A DNA stretch of 43,571 bases from Verrucomicrobiota bacterium (GTDB taxonomy: Bacteria; Verrucomicrobiota; Verrucomicrobiia; Verrucomicrobiales; Akkermansiaceae). The notes below the pieces were generated by a model. It ran no database searches. It was not told the origin of the DNA and saw only the letters and a program-made list of their open reading frames with translations. The position numbers and the translations under genes are program-made. The stretch is from positions 1 to 43,571 of the forward strand of contig JBDLWB010000049.1 in assembly GCA_039804425.1 (NCBI GenBank). The letters run 5' to 3'. Position 1 is the stretch's first letter. Each line of letters opens with the position of its first letter. Of the stretch, positions 16,933-24,131 are shown piece after piece.

Positions 16933-18642
16933 TCATTCGTGCATCCGCTCAACATTTCGCAGATAAATGCCTCGAGACTCCTCTTTTGACCAAGGAAAAA
17001 ATTGCAGGGTGATGTTGGTTTTTCTGGAGCATTGGCCGTTCGCGGTATCTGTGATGAAAATGCCATAACTTGCGGTCTCGCGTATGAGGTTATCGGCGAT
17101 CACAAAACCAAGGGCGTCGAAGCAGGGTTTGGTGTCAGGATTCCCTATGCGAATGCCTTCTCCGCCGTGCCACTCATCTGCTTCTGCGAGCTTGGTTCCG
17201 CGGATGTGCGAGATGCGATTGCGGCGAATGAAAAACTTTGTGCAGCCCACCATTTCTATGCCCGAACCACCATCCACGTCAGTGATTTCGTTGTCCTCTA
17301 CGACGACCGCATCGGCATGATGCAGCAGAAATGCAACGCCACCGTGTCGTGATGCTAAATGCGGATGATGGACGTCTTTGGTGATCTGGCTGACGCCAGC
17401 AATGGCCTGATGATTGTGTCCCGCGCGTGCCCGTGAGTGATGGTTGAGGATCGTAAGCCCCTGAATGCGATGTTGGGGAGAAGTGGCGTTATTCTCATTT
17501 GCGTTGCGAAAAATGCCAACCCTGACGGCATGGCGGGCCTGGGAAAGTCGATTTTCTGCAATCAAGATGTCGCGGATCAATGCGCGTTCTCCACGACAAT
17601 CGACCTTGCCCTCCTTGTCCCATTTTTCGTGATAAAAAACATCGATGCATCCTTGGCCGATCCACTGCTCGGCGAGATCATGTCCGGTCACAAGATTCTT
17701 TTCGTGAGCCGCGCTGTTCGTAGAAATGTCATTATTCAACACACGGATCTGGCGAGAGCCGAGATTTCGCATCGTTTCTCCGTGCAGTGCATACCAGTTC
17801 CAAGCGGGGTTCGCTTCGATGGAAATGGCCGAGTCTTCACTACGGATGGTATTCCATTGAATGATGGCATTCACCACATTGACCAAATGCAGGCCATCTT
17901 GGGATTGGTGGCAGTGCATGATTCCTCCCGCCTGATCGGTATGTCCCATCCACGTGGTAGAAAGACGACCGGTAGTGATTTGATTGTGATGAAAATGCAC
18001 TTTCTTCACCTGCCCAAAATAGACGCACCATCGATAGCCATCTTGAAATTCCGCATGGTGAATTTGCATGTCGTGCGAACGCTCTATCGCGACCGTATGC
18101 AGATGAGAGCCATCGGGCTCGCAGGTGGGAAATTGTGGGCTGCCAGAGCTGATGAATCGATTGCGATCAAAAGTGCCGGGCCCCTTGATTTCCATGTGCT
18201 CAGCATTCCCGTCAAAGGTGATACCTGAGAGCTCAAAGTTGTCCACTTCCTTGACGTGGAGAATGGCAAGACCGGGAAACAGGCCTTGCGTGTCGTTATC
18301 CCATCGCTCCGCGTGACGCCTCAAGAGAGTCTTGCCCGCACCCGCCCCGCGGAGTTTGATGTTCCTTTTGCCCGTGATCAGCAGATTTTTCACGAGAAAG
18401 CTGCCTGCTGGGAGGAGCACGACATCGCCATCTCGACACGCATCAAGCGCTTGTTGCATGACGCGGGTATTGGTCACTGCGGACTCGTCCCTGACCACGT
18501 GCGGTGCGGTGATGACCAAATCTTGCTGAGGAATTTCGATGATTGCAGCTTCAGCGACTGGCGCGGCCAACAACCACAGGAAGAAGGCCATAAAGTGCAA
18601 CAGGCAAAGGAAAAAAAGTGGGCGATGGAAGGAAACTGGCAT
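16933..18642 (-). CDS. Secreted or membrane-anchored right-handed parallel beta-helix protein (pectate-lyase-fold glycosidase/lyase)
   Basis: Start MPVSFHRPLFFLCLLHFMAFFLWLLAAPVAEA (18642). The N-terminal block MQQALDACRDGDVVLLPAGSFLV...NIKLRGAG is typical of the pectate_lyase_3 / GH28-GH55-like fold. Repeated beta-helix turns follow (ITFDGN, IHHAEF, HFHHNQI, LNNDIS, VEDNEITD, IRRNRISH). Confidence 0.7.
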   Translation of the reverse strand: MPVSFHRPLFFLCLLHFMAFFLWLLAAPVAEAAIIEIPQQDLVITAPHVVRDESAVTNTRVMQQALDACRDGDVVLLPAGSFLVKNLLITGKRNIKLRGAGAGKTLLRRHAERWDNDTQGLFPGLAILHVKEVDNFELSGITFDGNAEHMEIKGPGTFDRNRFISSGSPQFPTCEPDGSHLHTVAIERSHDMQIHHAEFQDGYRWCVYFGQVKKVHFHHNQITTGRLSTTWMGHTDQAGGIMHCHQSQDGLHLVNVVNAIIQWNTIRSEDSAISIEANPAWNWYALHGETMRNLGSRQIRVLNNDISTNSAAHEKNLVTGHDLAEQWIGQGCIDVFYHEKWDKEGKVDCRGERALIRDILIAENRLSQARHAVRVGIFRNANENNATSPQHRIQGLTILNHHSRARAGHNHQAIAGVSQITKDVHHPHLASRHGGVAFLLHHADAVVVEDNEITDVDGGSGIEMVGCTKFFIRRNRISHIRGTKLAEADEWHGGEGIRIGNPDTKPCFDALGFVIADNLIRETASYGIFITDTANGQCSRKTNITLQFFPWSKEESRGIYLRNVERMHE

Positions 18643-18676
18643 GACGGTGAGTCGAGTAGTGCACGCGGCCTGAGTA

Positions 18677-19558
18677 TCATCGACCGCTGCGGAAGCGTTG
18701 TCGATAGAGTGCTGGTGATACACCATTGAGTTTCTTGAAAAAACGGCTGAAGTAGAATTCGTTCGCGAAGCCCAATCGGTCAGCAACTTCTTTGATTTTG
18801 AGATGGTTGTTGAGCAATAGTGCGATCGCTTCTTGATTCAGGCGTCGGTTGATGAACTCTTTGGGGCTCATGCCGACATCATCGGTGAAGGCTTTCGAAA
18901 AAGCGCGCAGTCCCGTGCCGTAGGTTTGGGCGAGTGTGCTGACACGCAAGTTGGCACTGAGTTGATCTTCGACTTGGTCAAAAACGTTTTTGAAAGTGCT
19001 GTGGCTCTTGATGTGATGTTTGACCAAGGTCGAGAGGTCAGGAAGCATTCTTGCCATCCACATGTTGATTTGTGCATGCAAGAACAGCAATTGGTTGGCG
19101 CTGATCGAATAAGGGTCTTCTTGCCAAGGGAGCCAATCTTCAGGATTAATGTCGCCCAATGGAGTGGGGCAACGATCGGGGCGATCGAGCAGTGGGTCGA
19201 TGCCGCGCAACCATTCGCAGCGGATTTTGATGAAAAGAAGTCGACAGTCCATGGAGCAACGTCGCTCCACAGGGGTATTGCCGGGTAAGTAATAGGCACG
19301 GCCAGGCATGATGTCGAGAACCCGACCTTGATGTACTACTTGGCGGTGACCGCTGAGGGGAATGTCGATGTGATGAACATAGTCCGTTTCCTGAGCGCCA
19401 TCACTGCTCCACTCGGGTCCAATTTCGGCAAAGTACATGCCTAACAAGTGAAAGTGCAAATTTTCTGCGAGTTCCAATTCGTGTTGGTGAGTCGATTCGC
19501 TCCACAAAGGATAGGCTTTTTCATGGGCTCTGGGGTTGGTTGTCTCGATTTTTTTCAT
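18677..19558 (-). CDS. AraC-family transcriptional regulator
   Basis: C-terminal double HTH: VSTLAQTYGTGLRAFSKAFTDDVGMSPKEFINRRLNQEAIALLLNNHLKIKEVADRLGFANEFYFSRFFKKLNGVSPALYR. N-terminal cupin-like sensor region. Start taken at ATG 19558. Confidence 0.9.
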   Translation of the reverse strand: MKKIETTNPRAHEKAYPLWSESTHQHELELAENLHFHLLGMYFAEIGPEWSSDGAQETDYVHHIDIPLSGHRQVVHQGRVLDIMPGRAYYLPGNTPVERRCSMDCRLLFIKIRCEWLRGIDPLLDRPDRCPTPLGDINPEDWLPWQEDPYSISANQLLFLHAQINMWMARMLPDLSTLVKHHIKSHSTFKNVFDQVEDQLSANLRVSTLAQTYGTGLRAFSKAFTDDVGMSPKEFINRRLNQEAIALLLNNHLKIKEVADRLGFANEFYFSRFFKKLNGVSPALYRQRFRSGR

Positions 19559-19597
19559 GATGGCCAGAAAATCCTTACACAATTCCTAAGGGAGATG

Positions 19598-19619
19598 GGA
19601 AAAAGTACATGCTTTTTCC
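19598..19619. promoter_or_regulatory. Inverted repeat ggaaaaag-N6-ctttttcc in the divergent control region
   Basis: Perfect 8-bp arms read directly (19598-19605 and 19612-19619), 40 nt upstream of the AraC start. Candidate operator or RNA hairpin. The function is not established. Confidence 0.3.
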
Positions 19620-19665
19620 GCTTTCGTCTATGGCGAAATGAGGATTTTTTGAGTAAATTTCTAGC

Positions 19666-19690
19666 GTTGCATTCATTGCGACTCTGCAAC
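19666..19690. promoter_or_regulatory. Inverted repeat gttgca-N13-tgcaac upstream of the PEP-CTERM gene
   Basis: Perfect 6-bp arms (19666-19671 and 19685-19690), 35 nt upstream of the ATG at 19725. Candidate regulator-binding site. Confidence 0.25.
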
Positions 19691-19724
19691 AAATCAATCA
19701 ATTACAACAAACCCACATCATCCA

Positions 19725-20399
19725 ATGAAAATCAAAAATTCATTACTTCTGGTTCCACTAGCCTTGGTTGCTATGAACACACATTTGCAAGCTGCCGTTG
19801 TCTTCAGCGGAACAGCGCAAAGCACCCCATTTACGGTTGATGCCACGACGCCCTTAACGATTGTTAATGCAGATATTGCCTATAATGCAGGAGAAAATAA
19901 TGCTGTTGGAGGATTTTCTTGGCCTATTCTTGATGATGGATTGGTTCAAAACGCTACTGTCATCAGCGGCGATGCTTCCCCTAATGGCTTACTCTATCGT
20001 CTGACGGATGGTGCTGCTTCGATTGAATCGATTTCTGTTTATTCAGGTTGGGCTAACACTGGCAGAATGGAGCAGTATTACAGCGTGTATTACACCACCG
20101 ATGCTACAGTCAACGGATCATCGACCTGGACTTTATTGACTACCGTGCAAGGAACAACTCCTGGAACACCAACATCTTTCGGAAGTGGTGTGAACAACCA
20201 ATTGAAAGTGACAATTTTCAATGATTCCAGTTCTACTCTCATCGCAAATGCAACTGGTCTTCGTTTTAACTTCGCTGGTGGGCAACAAAATGGCGGTTCT
20301 GGATACAAAGAAATTGATGTCAAGTTAGTCCCCGAAACCTCGACGACTCTCCTTGGTGCGTTGAGTGCGCTCGCGCTGCTGCGTCGCCGTCGCTGCTAA
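19725..20399 (+). CDS. PEP-CTERM sorting-domain protein (small secreted beta-sandwich-like protein)
   Basis: Signal peptide MKIKNSLLLVPLALVAMNTHLQA. C-terminal VPE-TSTTLLGALSALALLRRRRC has the PEP-like motif, a TM helix and an Arg cluster, which together form the PEP-CTERM/exosortase sorting signal. The middle is Thr/Ser/Gly/Asn-rich and beta-strand-like. Confidence 0.85.
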   Translation: MKIKNSLLLVPLALVAMNTHLQAAVVFSGTAQSTPFTVDATTPLTIVNADIAYNAGENNAVGGFSWPILDDGLVQNATVISGDASPNGLLYRLTDGAASIESISVYSGWANTGRMEQYYSVYYTTDATVNGSSTWTLLTTVQGTTPGTPTSFGSGVNNQLKVTIFNDSSSTLIANATGLRFNFAGGQQNGGSGYKEIDVKLVPETSTTLLGALSALALLRRRRC

Positions 20400-20417
20400 T
20401 TTTTTTACGTGGAGTGT

Positions 20418-20455
20418 GGAGCGATGGGTGTGAGCCTGTCGCTCCTTTTCTTTTC
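20418..20455 (+). terminator. Rho-independent terminator after the PEP-CTERM gene
   Basis: Stem ggagcga (20418-20424) pairs with tcgctcc (20439-20445), with a 14-nt loop, followed by ttttcttttc. Confidence 0.6.
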
Positions 20456-20505
20456 GAGATTTTTTCATGTCATTCACTGATCTTTTTTGCTGATTTCTTA
20501 CACCT

Positions 20506-22527
20506 ATGATACGCCATCGACTCAAACAACTCGTCTTGCTCTTGATGCTCAGCGCTCCGTCGCTCAGTCCCTTGCATGCTCAATCGACACCAGCGGAAAA
20601 TTTCCGTGCCATGAAATATGGTTTCTTCGTTCACTACGTGTGGGGCGGTGAGGCCTACACCGTGACCGTCAACAAAGATGGCACCAAGCCGAGTGGCATC
20701 GAAGATCTCACCAAGCGTTTTGATGCCGAGCGTTTTGCGTCCGATATGAGTGCGATGAATGTGGAGTATGTGCTCTTCACCGCATGGCACGCCAACATGA
20801 ATACCCTGTATCCCAGCAAAGTCATGGACAAGTGGCTGCCAGGGCATTCTGCCAAGCGCGATTTGATTGGTGATATGATCAAGGCCTGCAAAGCCAAAGG
20901 CATTCCCGTGTTGCTCTACACGCACCCACGCGATGGACATGACCTAGGACCAGAAGACATGGCCAAAACAGGCTGGCATCCCGGTCAGTCGCCGAATCCC
21001 GATTTCAATCAATGGAACAAGGACAAATGGAATGACTTTGTCAACGAAGTCTACGGCGAGCTCGTCGAGCGTTATGGTAAAGATATTCTCGGTCTTTATC
21101 TCGATGAAGGCAGTGCTGCGGCGGACAGCTATCGCGTCGTCGATTATCCCCGCCTGCGCAAAACGATTACCGCCAAGCATCCGCATCTGATCATGATGCA
21201 GAACGACTACGGAAATCTCTACACCGCTGATATCGGCAACAAAGAAATTTTCTACAACAATGGCTTTGAGACCAGCAATGGCGACGCATGGCCATCGTTC
21301 AAAATCCCGATCACGATTGTCGCGGGCAGCATTTTCTGGGCGGCCTTTCCCGAAGGAAAAATGGCACCTCTTAGCCAGAGTCCGAAAGTAGGATTTAACG
21401 CTTGGGTGCAGTATAGCCCCGAGTCCATGTTGCGCTACACCGTTTTCCAAGCAGGCGCCAACATCGACGGCGGTGGCACCCTATGGGCGGCAGGTCCTTA
21501 TCCCGAAGGGGGCTGGGAAGTGAATGTGTTTGAGCGCATGAAAAAACTGGGTGAGCTGGTGAAGCCGATTGAAAAATCGATCAAAAATACGTTCCCCAGC
21601 ACCTCCTATCCCACCAAGGCCGGCGTCAACATCGCGTCGTTGACGTGGGGCGTGGCAACACAATCGACCGATGGAAAGATCGAGTACTTGCACGTATTGC
21701 GTCCGCCGACGAACTCGAAGACTCTCAAGCTACCTGCTCCAGCGGATGGCAAAAAGTTTGCCAAAGCCATTTTGCTCAAGGGGCTGAAGCCCGCGAATCT
21801 GCGTCAGACCGCCGTAGGCTTGGAGGTTTCCTTGCCTGTGGGAGAAACATGGGATGCGCTTGATACGGTGTTTGCTTTGCAAGTCGCCGCAGACTCTCCT
21901 TCGCAAAATCTGGCTCTTTACAAAACCGTGCGGGCTACCTCGCTCGTAGACAAAAAATACGCCATGCTTGCATCGGACGGAGATCGCAATACGGCATGGA
22001 TCAGTGCTCCCGAAGATGCGAAGCCCTCGTGCTTTGTCGATTTCGGCACGGCGTTGACATTTGATGAAATCAAAGTCGTCGGTCGTATTCCGAGTGGTAG
22101 CGTGCTGGAAGCATCGGATGACATTCATTTCGGCAAAACACAAACGCTAGGCGCATCACCTGAGGTCAAGCCATCGCAATTGCAGATTGTCAAAGCGAGC
22201 TATGGCAAGGGTGAAACTTGGATGGACGTGACAGAAAAATTGCAAGCGATGGTGAAGGATGGAACCATCCAAGCTCAATTGGGCATGGCTGTGGCGGGAG
22301 TCGATCCCGTGCCGAACGTGCTGAAGGAGACGAAGGTCGACTACATCCTGAATGGCAAGAGCGAGAGCATTACCGTGACGGAAGATGGAGTGTTGAGTCT
22401 GGGCAATGATCAAGAGTGGTCCATCAAGCTCAAGTCGCCCGTGAAGAGCCGTTTCCTGCGTCTCGCCAGCAAAAATGAGGGGAGCTGCATCGTGTCGGAA
22501 ATCGAAGTGCGTGCCTCTGCGAACTAA
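20506..22527 (+). CDS. Secreted GH29-like (alpha-L-fucosidase superfamily) glycosidase with C-terminal F5/8 type C (discoidin) domain
   Basis: Signal peptide MIRHRLKQLVLLLMLSAPSLSPLHAQS. N-terminal TIM-barrel blocks parallel GH29: YGFFVHYVWGG, FDAERFASDMSAMNVEYVLFTAWHANMN, RDLIGDMIKACKAKGIPVLLYTHP, LGLYLDEG. They are divergent, for example WHANMN in place of KHHDGF. Discoidin signature NLALYKTVRATS...ASDGDRNTAW...FLRLAS...VSEIEV. Confidence 0.6.
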   Translation: MIRHRLKQLVLLLMLSAPSLSPLHAQSTPAENFRAMKYGFFVHYVWGGEAYTVTVNKDGTKPSGIEDLTKRFDAERFASDMSAMNVEYVLFTAWHANMNTLYPSKVMDKWLPGHSAKRDLIGDMIKACKAKGIPVLLYTHPRDGHDLGPEDMAKTGWHPGQSPNPDFNQWNKDKWNDFVNEVYGELVERYGKDILGLYLDEGSAAADSYRVVDYPRLRKTITAKHPHLIMMQNDYGNLYTADIGNKEIFYNNGFETSNGDAWPSFKIPITIVAGSIFWAAFPEGKMAPLSQSPKVGFNAWVQYSPESMLRYTVFQAGANIDGGGTLWAAGPYPEGGWEVNVFERMKKLGELVKPIEKSIKNTFPSTSYPTKAGVNIASLTWGVATQSTDGKIEYLHVLRPPTNSKTLKLPAPADGKKFAKAILLKGLKPANLRQTAVGLEVSLPVGETWDALDTVFALQVAADSPSQNLALYKTVRATSLVDKKYAMLASDGDRNTAWISAPEDAKPSCFVDFGTALTFDEIKVVGRIPSGSVLEASDDIHFGKTQTLGASPEVKPSQLQIVKASYGKGETWMDVTEKLQAMVKDGTIQAQLGMAVAGVDPVPNVLKETKVDYILNGKSESITVTEDGVLSLGNDQEWSIKLKSPVKSRFLRLASKNEGSCIVSEIEVRASAN

Positions 22528-22551
22528 AGCCATCATTGAGAGAGAAACGAT

Positions 22552-23988
22552 ATGTTCGATCAAAGCTATCCCTTGCGCGTTGGTTTGTTTGGAATCGGCC
22601 TCGAAGCCTATTGGCCACAGTTTCCGGGATTAAAAGAGCGATTGGAGGGTTATGTAGAAATCGTCGCCTCGCACATGGGGCGTCCGGGCGTAGAGATCGT
22701 CAATTTGGGGCTGATCGATTCACCGCAAAAGGCGATGAAAGCGGGCCACGATTTCCGTCGTGCCGATGTTGACGTGATTTTCCTCCATGTAACGACCTAT
22801 GCTTTGAGTTCCACGGTGTTGCCTGTAGTGCAGCGAGCCAAAGTTCCCGTGATCATCTTGAACTTGCAGCCCATCGCTGCGATGGATTATGCGACCTTCA
22901 ACAAACTGGGCAATCGCACCAAGATGACCGGCGAGTGGCTGGCGCATTGCGGTGCGTGTCCGGTGCCAGAAATTGCGAATGCATTCAATCGCGCGGGCAT
23001 TGCCTTCCACCAAATCACTGGCGTACTCGAAGGGGAGCACGCGGTCTGGGAGGAGATGGGTGAATGGATCGATGCCGCGCGCGTCGCTCATGTGATGTCG
23101 CACAATCGACTCGGTTTGATGGGGCATTACTACAATGGCATGCTCGACATTTACACCGATCTCACTCGCATTGTTGCGTATTTCGGTGGCCACATGGAAA
23201 TCCTTGAAGTAGAAGAATTGGCTGCATTGCGCCGTGGGGTAACGGAAGAAGCTGTCGCTGCCAAGATGCGCGAGTTTGCAGAAAAATTCGACATTCAAGC
23301 GGATTGCTCCCACGAGGAATTGCACCGCGCCGCGCGAACGGCTGTGGCGTTGGATTCTCTGATTGCGGAAAAAGAGTTAGGTTCCATGGCCTACTACCAC
23401 ATGGGCACAGGCCAAGATGAGCATGAAGATGTGATGAGCTCGGTGATCCTGGGGAACTCGTTGCTCACCGCGCGCGGCATTCCCGTGGCAGGGGAGTACG
23501 AAGTGAAAAACGTCCAAGCCATGAAGATCATGGATTCCTTTGGTGCAGGCGGATCTTTCACGGAATACTATTGCATGGATTTCGATGACGATGTCGTGCT
23601 CATGGGGCACGATGGTCCTGGTCACATTCGCATTGCTTCGGGGAAAACCAAAGTGCGTCCGCTCGAAGTGTATCATGGAAAAGTCGGTCGAGGTCTGTCC
23701 GTGGAAATGAGTGTGCAGCATGGTCCTATCACTTGTCTTTCCGTTGTTGAATATGCCGATGGCTCGCTCAAACTTTTGGTTGCAGAAGGTGAATCGGTGC
23801 CAGGTCCTATCCTCGAAATTGGCAACACCAACAGTCGCTATCGATTCCCGATCGGCGCGCGTGCTTTTGTGGAAAACTGGAACGTACAAGGTCCTGCTCA
23901 CCACTGCGCTGTGGGAGTCGGGCATATTGCTTCAAAAATCGAAAAGCTAGGCAAGCTGCTGGGCATGGAAACCGTTCGCGTTTGCTGA
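22552..23988 (+). CDS. L-arabinose/L-fucose isomerase superfamily protein (aldose-ketose isomerase, substrate unknown)
   Basis: 478 aa with no signal peptide. AraA-like layout: N-terminal flavodoxin-like block (VGLFGIGLEAYW..., DVIFLHVTTYA) and a C-terminal catalytic-like block GEYEVKNVQAMKIMDSFGAGGSFTEYYCMDFDDDVVLMGHDGPGH and HHCAVGVGH. Confidence 0.7.
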   Translation: MFDQSYPLRVGLFGIGLEAYWPQFPGLKERLEGYVEIVASHMGRPGVEIVNLGLIDSPQKAMKAGHDFRRADVDVIFLHVTTYALSSTVLPVVQRAKVPVIILNLQPIAAMDYATFNKLGNRTKMTGEWLAHCGACPVPEIANAFNRAGIAFHQITGVLEGEHAVWEEMGEWIDAARVAHVMSHNRLGLMGHYYNGMLDIYTDLTRIVAYFGGHMEILEVEELAALRRGVTEEAVAAKMREFAEKFDIQADCSHEELHRAARTAVALDSLIAEKELGSMAYYHMGTGQDEHEDVMSSVILGNSLLTARGIPVAGEYEVKNVQAMKIMDSFGAGGSFTEYYCMDFDDDVVLMGHDGPGHIRIASGKTKVRPLEVYHGKVGRGLSVEMSVQHGPITCLSVVEYADGSLKLLVAEGESVPGPILEIGNTNSRYRFPIGARAFVENWNVQGPAHHCAVGVGHIASKIEKLGKLLGMETVRVC

Positions 23989-24131
23989 TGGGATCGCAGT
24001 CCAGCCTGTGAGTTTTTTGGTATCCAAATCGGCGATCTGCCGTTATTTCTTTTTCGCATCCATCCCACTCCGCTTTGAAAAAACATTCTTCTTCCCAAGA
24101 CCATTTTGCTGAGTCGACAAAAACGTTATCG

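Noticed and set aside
17437-18228. 263-aa ORF on the + strand inside the beta-helix gene
   Set aside because: It is antisense to a CDS with clear beta-helix repeats and has no motifs or signal. Shadow ORF.
22720-23925. Two long minus-strand ORFs (22720-23325 and 23377-23925) opposite the isomerase gene
   Set aside because: Both are antisense to a CDS with family-typical blocks. Their translations are His/Arg-rich and motif-free.
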